From Paramecium tetraurelia (Eukaryota), in NCBI GenBank assembly GCA_000165425.1, contig CT868651.1:248001-312000 (forward strand): 64,000 nucleotides of DNA, in the 5' to 3' direction. The notes below the pieces were generated by a model that saw only the letters and a program-made list of their open reading frames with translations, was not told the DNA's origin and made no database searches. Numbering within the stretch: position 1 is the first letter of the stretch; the number at the start of each line of letters is the position of its first letter. The position numbers and the translations under genes were made by a program. Positions 53,426 to 64,000 of this stretch are shown one piece after another.

Positions 53426-54655
53426 TCACAACTATTCTATCGGCAACCTTGCATACTCCAAAGCCTCAATTACCCATTACGGTATTTTGCCTTCCCTTTA
53501 ATACCAGTTTTTAAGAAATCCATTCACAAATCCTGTTAATTTGCCATCTATAATCGATTGATGTAAATTGAGCATCAATTATATCAAATAATTCAGATTA
53601 TGAATAGAGATGAGATGACAAGCAACCTCTTCCTTTGCAATCAAATAATGCAAATACGATTAGGTATAATTCTTGCAAGCTTAACATTAACACCCTTTCT
53701 AAATTGGCTCAAAAACATTTGCTATTTCATTATTTTTCAGTTTTAGAAATCCATGCTCTGTAAAAGCAGTACCAAATCTAGCGGTTCTTGTTGAGAAAAC
53801 ACAATCAAACATGTCAACACCCAAACAAGAACAGACGACAATATCTACTGGATATCCAACACCCATTAAATATCGAGGTTTATTTTTAGGTAATTTAGTT
53901 GTGCATTACACTACTGTTTTCCAGAAGTCAGCCTTGAATATTCAAGAATTTATATACTTTATCTTCTCCTCCAGCCAATCCCCCAATTGCATATCCATTG
54001 GCTTCTCTCTATATCAGATCATTCAAAGATTGCTCTCGTAATTTAGAATCAACTCCTCCTTGTACAATAGGAAATAGGTTTTAGTCATGTTTCCTTTTAT
54101 GGGCAGCAATATCTCTATCCAACCACCTGGTTGTTCTCTCACTTGCCTCTTGCATGCGAAGACCAGCTGTTGCTGTCTTAACAACATCATCCAAGGCCAT
54201 AATTATATCAGCTCCTATTTAATTTTAAGTATGGATTGAATCTTCTGGTCTAAGATGCATTTTTGATCTATCATAAGGAGACTCAAATGTGACTCCTTCC
54301 TCTGTGACTTCACTGAGTTAAGACATTGAAACCATTTGAAATCCGCCACTGTCTGTGAGAATGTTGTTTTTCCAATTCACAAAATTATGTAAACCACCAA
54401 CTTTTTCTAATAAATCACCTCCTGGTTTGTATGCCAAATGATAAGTGTTTGCTAGCAGTAATTTACATCCCAAATCATCCATTTCTTGATAGGTCACTCC
54501 CTTCATTGCTCCTTTTGTTCCTACTGGCATATAAACTGGAGTTTTCACTTCTCCATGAGGAAGTCTCATTATTGAAGCCCTTTAGGTTTTGAATTTAGTA
54601 GGTACCTTGCTAAATTGTGAGTTGCTTAAATTGTGAATTCGAGTGGTCTTGGCAT
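53426..54655 (-). CDS. QTRT1: Queuine tRNA-ribosyltransferase catalytic subunit (TGT)
   Basis: [54 protein letters not shown] zinc site and HNL; two introns. Confidence 0.96.
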
Positions 54656-54877
54656 TTTTAGGTTTGATTTTTTAGGAGGTATTATTTCGAATTCTTTTAA
54701 TTCTTATATAATTTATTAAATAAGTAATACAATACAATAGAATTCTGAGGTATACCTCATAAGTGAATATTGGAAAAGTAACAATAAGAAGAAGGAGATG
54801 TCAGACTGATAATTAAAATCAAATAGAAATGATTAAAATTCCATAATAAAAATACGTATCTTAAGTGATTCAATTTT

Positions 54878-57800
54878 TCATTGTAATTTTGTCAAGGCAT
54901 CCTTATCTTTCTCACCTAAGAATCCAATATAAAGAGTTATGATTCCATTTCCATTTCCTCCTAAAACAAAATCATTTTTTATTGCCCAAGTATTTGGAGC
55001 TGTGAAAATAGCAGATATATCCTATATCGTCACTTCCCCAATTGGTACACATCGACTAAACGTGCCTGGATCATGGAATAGATTGATTTGCAACGGTTTC
55101 AGAGCATCAAGCTTAAAGGGATCTAATATCTTCTTCCACTCCGGAGCAGCTCCCTTCACAGCAGCAGTTGATTTCTCTTCCCCGTTGAATATCACAGTGA
55201 CCTTCACATTCGAAGCCTTATTGTTATCCATCAACTTAATCTTTTCTGCCTTAATAACAGCAACTTTCAATTTGCCTTTTAAGGGTTGAATCATCTGTGA
55301 CTAACTGACAGGCATTTTGATTTCTGGATCTGGAAGGAGAGGTGGATCTTAAACATTCTAATCATTTATCTTAAATATCGCTTGGAGATAGAATTATTGC
55401 AAGTTTGGCTGAATATTGCTGTGTTGGAATCCCTAGAAGGAATTCATCCAAGTTCCTGGCTATTAGATAATGCTTTACAGACTGACAACAGTGTCAGCTA
55501 TCTACTGCTATTTCTCATCTAACAAATTGATTGTAATTTGAGGTTCTGGATTCTCAAATTAACATTTTAAGTTATAATTAACATCTGCCTACACAAGATT
55601 GCTATTGAATGCTTTTTGGCCTTGAGATACTTTAATTTATGATTTTTTGTCATAGCCAACAATTTTGATTAGGTTGACATGCAGAATACCTTATGAAGGC
55701 TTCTAAGTCTGAGGTTCTGGCCCAGGCTGAGCAACTTATTATTAAATCTAATTGGGTTAAGCCAAAGAGACATTGTTCTTAATGGAATTGGGCACCCACT
55801 ACAGTTACAAGTAAATAAATCCATTCTTGCCAGCATTTCCATGTTCATCTTTGAGTTAGAATAGACCATTGATCCAGGTTCCAGGCTTAGCAAAGACGTC
55901 ATTCAATGATAGTTCTAAGAAGCCAAGAAAGTCACTGGAAACTATGGTATCGTAATCATAGACAGTGCACATAATTGCAATGTCATTGTATTCATGTGAT
56001 TGCATATCCAAGGTAAATTCTCCAGTGAAGTTCCAAGTAGGATTAGGATCATCGTCAATAGTTTTACTTTTAATGATTTGTTTACTACCTTTAGAAATTT
56101 TGAATTCTACATATGGATCACTATTCCCCATTATATCGGCTTTAATCAATTATTTGGCAAAGGGAGCAAAGACCCTCAACGCTCCAGGCAATTTAGGTAT
56201 GGCTGCCTAGGCTTCCTTTTCTTTTTTTATTCTCTCCTGCTCTTCTTACTACTACCTGGCGATGTCTTCATATAAATTCTTAGGCTATTATTAGATGGCA
56301 GATCCATCTCCATCAATAGTGAACAGAGCTTGTAGATAAATTTCACTTTTCTATGGAAAATCCTTCTCATTCAGAAGTGGAATGCGGTAATTGACCCATT
56401 GGCCTGACTTTAATTTACTTAGATCGAGTTCACATTTGCCAAGTAGATCATTAGAGTTGTAATCATAATCAAACACATTAATGTAAAGTCTTAATAATGA
56501 TAGATCCTCTTAAGTGACTTCTTTAAACAAATACTCTCCGCAGTCTATCCAAAAGCAATCTAATTTGTCATCCTAAGTAGTGGTCTTAAAGGCAGTCGTG
56601 GATCCTTTTGAAATCTTTATTTCCACAAAAGGATCACTCAACCCAGTGATATCTTTGTTTTCTAAATTTTTGAGTCCGATGTAAGTGAATTTCAATTTCC
56701 CATTGAAAGTAGGAGGTTTACCTTAATTAATGAACTATTTAAAGTCAGCAAGGGCAGGTGGATTCTTATCCTGTACTTCTTCCGTTCTGAACTAGGCTTA
56801 GAAATACACATAGGACTCAATTAATTTGCCATCGCCATCATAAAGTTAATAATACTAATTAATCCACATACCTGGCTTTCGGAATAAGTCAGTTAACAAT
56901 ACAGTAATGCCTCCAAATACAGTGTCACTCCAAGCTGAATTGTAATTTTTAACAGTAGCCTTTATCCTCTCAGTCAGGATTTACCTTTCACTAATGGAAA
57001 GCTTAATAATCTCTTCGTAATTCCAATCCGGATTTTAATTGCTGTCTATATGTTTACATTTGTAATTCTTCTCCATATCTTCAGTTAAAAAGAAAGTGAC
57101 ATAGGGATCGCCTTTGGGTAATTACCTAGCATTTGGGAATCGTATGCATAGATCACCTTCATACATCTTTGGTGGTATTCTTAATCCCACCACGCCTTCG
57201 TTGTAAGGATCTGGAATCCAAACGAATTGCACCTTCAGAGATCCCAAATTTGGATTTCCTTTCTTACTCGGATCCTTCAATGGCAGATCTTGAAGCATCA
57301 CTGATCCTGGATTCTTTTCCAGAATATCAATCAGATCCACTTCGCATTACCCAAGGAAATCTTTGCCAACTTCATCATCATCATAGACATTGAAATTAAT
57401 GGTGTTCATTTGGACTTGGCATCTCAGCAATTCAACCACAAGACTCCCTTAGAAATCCCAAATTGGATCCAATGTATTCTCTTTAATCGGAGTCTGCATC
57501 TTCTTAGTTTCACTGCTTAACCCACATTCTACAAAAGGGTCACTTTTGCCTGTGATGTCTGCATTATACAATTGGGAAGCTGATATAATCTTCACATCTA
57601 TTTTGCCAAGGACTCTGCCATAATCATGCTTTAATTCTTGAACAGTATCACATGCTCTGATGCCTTCAGGAGTTGTCTCCTACCCTGGAAGTAAGAACTT
57701 GCATTGAACATACACTTTGCCCTCTGACAATTGATACTGCTTGTTAATCATCCATTAAGAGGGGTTATTGAAGCACTCCATCCATTCGATTTCGACTTCT

Positions 57801-60800
57801 CCCAGCAAATCATCACTCATAGCATCAGAGTCATAGATTTACAAAAATATTGGTTTGTATTGTTCTTTGATTAGATTGCAATTCCATTGATATTGAAAAT
57901 TGAATATTGGATTGATGGTCTTATCAATTTATTTGCTCTTCACATTGTGACTATCTGGAAATGTCAACTTGCAATAGGGATCTGCAGTGACTCCATCATC
58001 TGGTCTCAATCCCAAAGCCACAGGGATGTTAATAAACAATTTCCCCTTCATGGGCCTTTTGTTTTCCTATTGTTGTTCTCTCAATATGAAATCCAAATCC
58101 TCTGTTAATGGCAAGGGAGGATCATTATTTTGAATCCCCTACAAACAATACATAATTTATAAATAGATCTTGCCGAATTCTTTGGTCTTGTATTTCTTTT
58201 GCATCTTCTAATCTCCTTGTAAGTCCACTACTTCATTGAACTTCCACACTTGAGGATTGTTAAAAGTATCCAACAAATCAATAGTGCAATATCCCATCAA
58301 TTCGTCATTTACCAAATCATCATCAAACACTTCCACTCTTAAAGGTTAAATCGTGTCTTTGGGCATCGACACATTAATATTAAATATAGTTTTCCAAGAA
58401 GGGTTGATGGTATCAGGTTTAGACAGTGTTTCTACTTTCTTGCCTCCTGGTACTTTGAACACTACATATGGATCACTTGCTTTGCTATCAGCCACAACCA
58501 GTCCTCTAGCATGTACTAAGAATATTCTTAATTAACCGGAATAAATTCCTTATTTCGAATTTATTATCTCAAATAGGTTCTCAGTCAATGGAGCCTCTGC
58601 TTAATCATCAATCATTCCTCTTTCAATAAATTTGGCTTGAATATACAAAAAACCAATCGACCCAAAATTCTTACTGTTTGCAGCAGCACTTAGATTGTAC
58701 ACTTAATTGATAGCCCATTCTCCAGGATGAGACACGCACTCCTCCCATTACATGTCTACATATCCAATCAAATCATCACTCAAGATGTTGGAATCTTTGA
58801 CTAATACTTTTAAAGGTGTCTTCCCTGTCTCCTTCTTTACTTTGAATTGATTTCTCAAGATCTAATTGAAAATAGGATTTATAGAAGACGAGATCGTTTC
58901 TGTTTTCAATTCCTTGCCGCCTGGAAAATTAACAATAACATATGGATCTGGCGAATCTGCTTTCAATTCTCTGGCATGCACCACTTTAATGACTAGTTCA
59001 CCATCAATGAAATTGGGATCTGGATCAGCACAACCACTGGAATCAAACTTATCCTTTGCTTTTAAATTGGGATCCTTCATGCCTTTTGGAACCCAATAGC
59101 ATTAGATGTAAATTTAAGCTGGCTGTTTAGCCTTGGGATCAATGACGTCAAAATAATCATTTATAGACCATTTACATGGCTATTCAATACATGGAGCCAG
59201 ATCCACTTTACATATACCTAACTCATCATCACCCAAAACATCTTCATCAAATAATTGGAATTCAAGTGGAGGATATGGTGCCTCCTTTGGCATCAATACC
59301 TTTATCTATTACAAATCTCTCCATTCTGGATTCAAACTGCACTTCACTGTCTTCGATTGTATCTTGATCTCTTTGTCAAATGATTTAATTTTGGCAATAC
59401 AATAAGGATCGGAAGTATCTCCATCATCCGCTCTCAGGTTCTTACCTCTTACAAAGAGAATCTTTAGAGTCCCTTCAATCATATCATCTAAAGTCAACTA
59501 TTTCTTCTTCTCCTCCTTAGATACTCCCTCTCTGAATCCTATAATCTGTTAAAACATCGATTATGGGATGTATCTAATCTTTAAATAGACCTTCGTGTTC
59601 TCCTGAAGTGAGTAACTCTTCTCCGATAGGAATTCTCCTGGATTGAGTAGACATTCACTCCAATCTATGTAAAACTCACCTATGATTTGAGTATTTGTTT
59701 ATAACAAATTTTTAGGAGTCTCCACGTAAACCTTCACATAAACCGAATCAATAGGTGCATTTGCGATGCATTTCAAATCTTGCAAGTATTTACCTTCCCA
59801 ATACAGATCGTTTGATGCTGTCAATTAAGCCTAAGGCTTCTTGTCAATCGACATGAATTTTAGATGCATGAAGAATTTTGGTTCCTTCAATTACTTAAAA
59901 TCCTACTTCAAAATACACTAGATTGGTATCACTTCTAAAACACCCTCCTCCACTATCGTTGCATTTATTTTATTTCCAACTACTGGTCTTTTGATTTCCA
60001 CTTCTTCGCCAGGGATAAACTTAATCGCAATATTAACAAATCCTTAAGGCTTAAACATTTTGCTTTGCTCCTTGATGTAAGTAGTATTTTGGAGTTAGAA
60101 TTTGTTATTGATCACCCATTGATTTGGTTTATCAATGGTCTATTTCCACATGATCTTAACATCTCCCACAAAATTGTCCTCCTCAACAGCATTTCGGTAT
60201 AACCTAATCCAAACATATTCGCATAGATTCTCTTTCAAGGCTTACCCAATTGGAAAGATGAAAGCCTGCTTAAATTCACTCTGATCGAAAAGAATCACTG
60301 ATTTTTCCATAACATTACCTCCCTTTAAAATAATGTGACAACACAATGATTTTGAATTGATTTAAGACCCATTAATCAACTAAACCTTTAAGAATCCTGT
60401 AATCTTTGTAAAATCTTTAGTATCAATGTTCCACTCTTTAATTTCTTATTGCAATTCTGTTTACGTAGCCGCTATATCCTCATAAGGATTATCCTCATCC
60501 TAAACTTAGATTCTATCCTGCTCATCAACCACAATTTCTTCGTCTCCTTATTCCTCTCTTAACTTCTGGTAGTTATTCAGAGTTTCTCTCATTTCTTCCA
60601 ATGAAACTGAACCACTCTTATCTGAGTCGAATATAGCAAACATGTTATTTAAATCTTTCTAATTCAATATGATTTTCAAAGACTTGAGTCCTTGCTTAAG
60701 TTCTGCTGGACTCAAAGATCCTGATCCATCAGTATCTATCAGTTCAAACATCTTCTCAACTGTGAGATTTCTAGCTTTAATGGCGTCCAGTAATTTACAA

Positions 60801-63241
60801 AACAATGCCTATTCAAATTATTCCCTTTATTTTGGTCGATCCTACAATATTTAAGCCCACTCCTCAATTCCTATTAATTTCTTCTGTCCCAAAAAGCCTC
60901 CAATTCTACATAAAGAATGGATGTCTTATTAACTGAGTTTTAGGGACGCTAGAAATTGCCTAAACTCCTCTTAGGTTAATGACCCATCCAAATCACCATC
61001 GAATGTTTTCATTCGTTGTTTCATGGGTGGTGGATTACCTTTCAATGCTTTCAATAACACAATAATGGCATCATCATCCTATAGATTATCCATCCCACCT
61101 GCAGCATTTGTAGGTAATACCTCAGCTTAAATCTTCTATTTCTCCTTCATTAAAATATTCTTCTCCTCCAACAGTTAATTTTTCTCAAACTCGAATTACT
61201 TATTTGCATTTAATCTCTCTTATTGCATCTTTTCTTTCTCCAATTGAATTTAGGCCAAAGTCTAAGCCTTCACTTATGACAATTTCTCATCATTAGATGC
61301 CTTAATGGTTTAAAGGCTCTTCAAAAACAACTAACCTGCCTTAGCCCTAAGAGTTTTCTCTTGATCCTTGCTGGCCTATAATTATTCCTTTAACTCCGAT
61401 ATTTGAGTCATATACTCTTAAACCTCCTCCTCTGATATGCCCTGAGGCTAATTTCTTAACTCCTCATTTTCCTACTCCAATCTCTTAATTGTCTAATTCA
61501 GTTGCTACTTGTCCTTATCCAACTTACTTATGGTTTCATCCTTACTTTTTAATTGCTTATTGAGGGTATCAATTTGTGCTTGCAATTTCTCACTATTTGT
61601 TTTGTTCTACCTCTAAGTTACTTCCAATTAGGCTCTTGTTTATGCTAAGTCTTAATCAGTTTCGAATAGATGTTTAGCTTTAATTTAAATCTCAGTTTCC
61701 AAATCAGTGATCCTAGCCAGGTACTCTTGTTGCATCTTTCTTCTCATCTCTTCAATTTACTCGGTCCTTTTCACTGCTCCACTGCCATCAAACCACATTT
61801 CCCCATAAAATCCATCTATGACATCCTCATTGCCACTACCTGAAGGGAGTTGCCTATCGAATGGACACAAAATGTTAAACGTCCTCACACATGCCTCTCC
61901 TGGAGGAACATCCTTAACAGCCCCATACAATTCTTCCATTGTGTTTATCCCCTCCATCCAAGACCCTGTATAAACATATGGCCGTTTTAGATGATGATTG
62001 GCTCGAATCCCCGATTCCTATACTTTTTTCATTATGGTAAAGAACTTCTCCCTAATCCATTAATTTATGGATGCCGGAGCCCACTTCACTTGTAGAGGAG
62101 GAGGCTCAGCAGATACTATCTCCTTCTCCACAATTGGAAATTAAGGAGATTGTTATGGCTGTTTATTTGCGACTACTATGGATGATGTAGGTGCTTATTC
62201 TTTCTTTTAATTTGTTAGTTTCTAGCCTTAAACAGCTTAATCTAAGAATTTCAAATCTTGATCCTAATTATTCATTGGTGAAGAACTGTAAACAATCAAC
62301 ACCTCTCTCGTTCTGTCATTGGCAGCCAACTCCAATGGAGTCTTTTAACTCCTGTCTCTCAATTACATGCTTTCCTATCCACCTCTCTATAATAAAACTG
62401 GGATGGCTCTTGTTTTTCCACCCTCCGAAGCATGATGAATCGGAGTTTTCAAATCCTCATCCAAAGCCATGGAATTGGCCTTGAAGTCCAGGAGAGTCCT
62501 TAATAAACTCACCTAGTGTTGCGAGGAATTCCACACACAATAATGCAATGGGGTTCTCTTCTTCTGATCCACATCATTTGACAATTCTGGCTTTGTTGCC
62601 AATACCAACTACAATGTCTGTGCACTTGGACATGAGGCAGCAAAATGAATACAGGATCGGCCCAAGGAATCTCTGGCAGTTATATCCGCTCCCGCCTTCA
62701 ACAATGTATCAACTATTGTTTCATGGCCGTGCAAACACCCATAATGCAAAGGCGTCTTCAAAGTCCGATCTCTACAATTCGGATTGAAACCACTCATCAA
62801 TAGTATTTCCACTATGCTCAAATGACCCTCGATTGTTGCCACGTGCAAAGGGCTTTTTTTAGTTTAGTCTACACACTGCTTGATTTGAGGATCCTTTGAC
62901 TCTTTCAAGTACTATCTCACTTTTACGAGATCACCGCGCGAACAATTGATAAACAAAGCTGAATGTTCTGAATTGTCTTTCCTTGCCATCCAATTTATAT
63001 CGAACTTCGATCTATTCAACCTTTCCAAAGCCTTCACTTCGAATTTCCCTTGCCAATCCAGTCCTGTGTGCTACTGAAAGACTTTCCCAAAATTTGGAAT
63101 TATGAGTGCAGTCGCAACCTCCTCCAAAGCCAGCCCCTCGAATCCCTTCCTTTGGAACTTCTATATCAACCCCTTTATTTGCTGATCCGATATTTCGTCA
63201 GGCCCTCCAGATCCATTATCAAGAGCTTTATTATAATTCAT
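54878..63241 (-). CDS. Giant ankyrin-repeat / coiled-coil / EF-hand / ~12x C2-domain protein (~2787 aa)
   Basis: 8364 nt ATG-to-TGA. Seven supplied minus-strand ORF fragments (starts 62848, 61957, 59497, 59080, 57340, 56149, 55294) share its frame. Motifs include ANK (SPLH, TPLH, TPIH), EF loops (DGDLDGSLTQEE, DTDGSGSLSPAE, DSDKSGSVSLEE) and repeated C2 motifs (SDPY/F...NPxW...D-x-D...D-x-x-G). Confidence 0.9.
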
Positions 63242-64000
63242 ATTATAAATTAATTATTTTTAATTATACTCTCATTACTTTTCAATCAGTGTAAATTAAT
63301 CATTTCGCATTCCATTATATGTTAAATTACTTGATTAAGTGCATTTTTCATAACTGAAACCATCCTATTAAAAACATTATTAATTTAATTTTGTTATTAT
63401 TAATAAGTATTATTTAAATGAACCAAATTTTTAATAATATACTCATGATATTATCAATGCTCACAGTAATTTAATTAGTTTTAAATAAATATATCCTTCT
63501 ATGAGTGTCTTCTTAATTTTGCCTCACCCTATAATCGATTTATAAGTAGTCAGATCAAGGGAGCATTTCAGGATTTCAAATACTATTTTGTAATGACTAT
63601 TAATCTCATTTGAGTTGTCAGCACTTCGACAATGAGTAAATGGTGAAAACTGTGTTTATGCAAAATAAAAGTTAATATTAGTGTTCAAATCAAAGGGATT
63701 TGACATAAAATAAATTGTAAAGCAGATAGATTAATATCATAAGAAATTATGCTCATAAAATCAAAAGATTGAAAAGATAATTTGAATAATATAACCTGAG
63801 TATGAAACGAATTATTTGGTTATTTAAAGAAAATATATTTGCTAAATTTGGCTTTATAATCAATGACTTCATAAAAGCCTCTACGTGAGAAGATCTGCAG
63901 TTTTGCAATCAGAATTTGATTAAATAAGGATAGTATACCTATAGAGTTAATGGAAACATAATTGACATAAATTCTTAATATGGATGAATTGGAGTAAATT

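Overview
Eukaryotic, AT-rich, very gene-dense DNA with the hallmarks of a Paramecium-type ciliate macronuclear chromosome: TAA/TAG read as Gln (translation table 6), TGA as the only stop, 20-32 nt GT-AG introns and many intergenic gaps under 50 nt. The supplied ORF track uses the standard code and no splicing, so it fragments almost every gene. Re-reading by hand gives 29 protein-coding models, one tRNA-Gly(TCC) and two clear pseudogenes (DENN-domain and Sir2). Genes include an HSL-type lipase, Rab, CDPK, PKG, Bdp1-like, TMEM181-like, RCC1-repeat, ABHD hydrolase, Ser/Thr kinase, MFSD1-like, Tubby-domain, VPS9, two DUSPs, CK1, SF-assemblin, a CNBD K+ channel, RPL13, an FtsX-type permease, RPLP2, UBA1, an Ig-fold transcription factor candidate and QTRT1. 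The most striking item is an apparently intronless 8.36 kb ORF (~2787 aa) with ankyrin repeats, a coiled coil, EF-hands and about 12 tandem C2 domains. Two otherwise intact genes (lipase, CDPK) each carry a single +1 frame break. I see no mobile element, CRISPR array or telomere. All models are manual, with no database searches; species cannot be assigned and splice boundaries may be off by a few nt.
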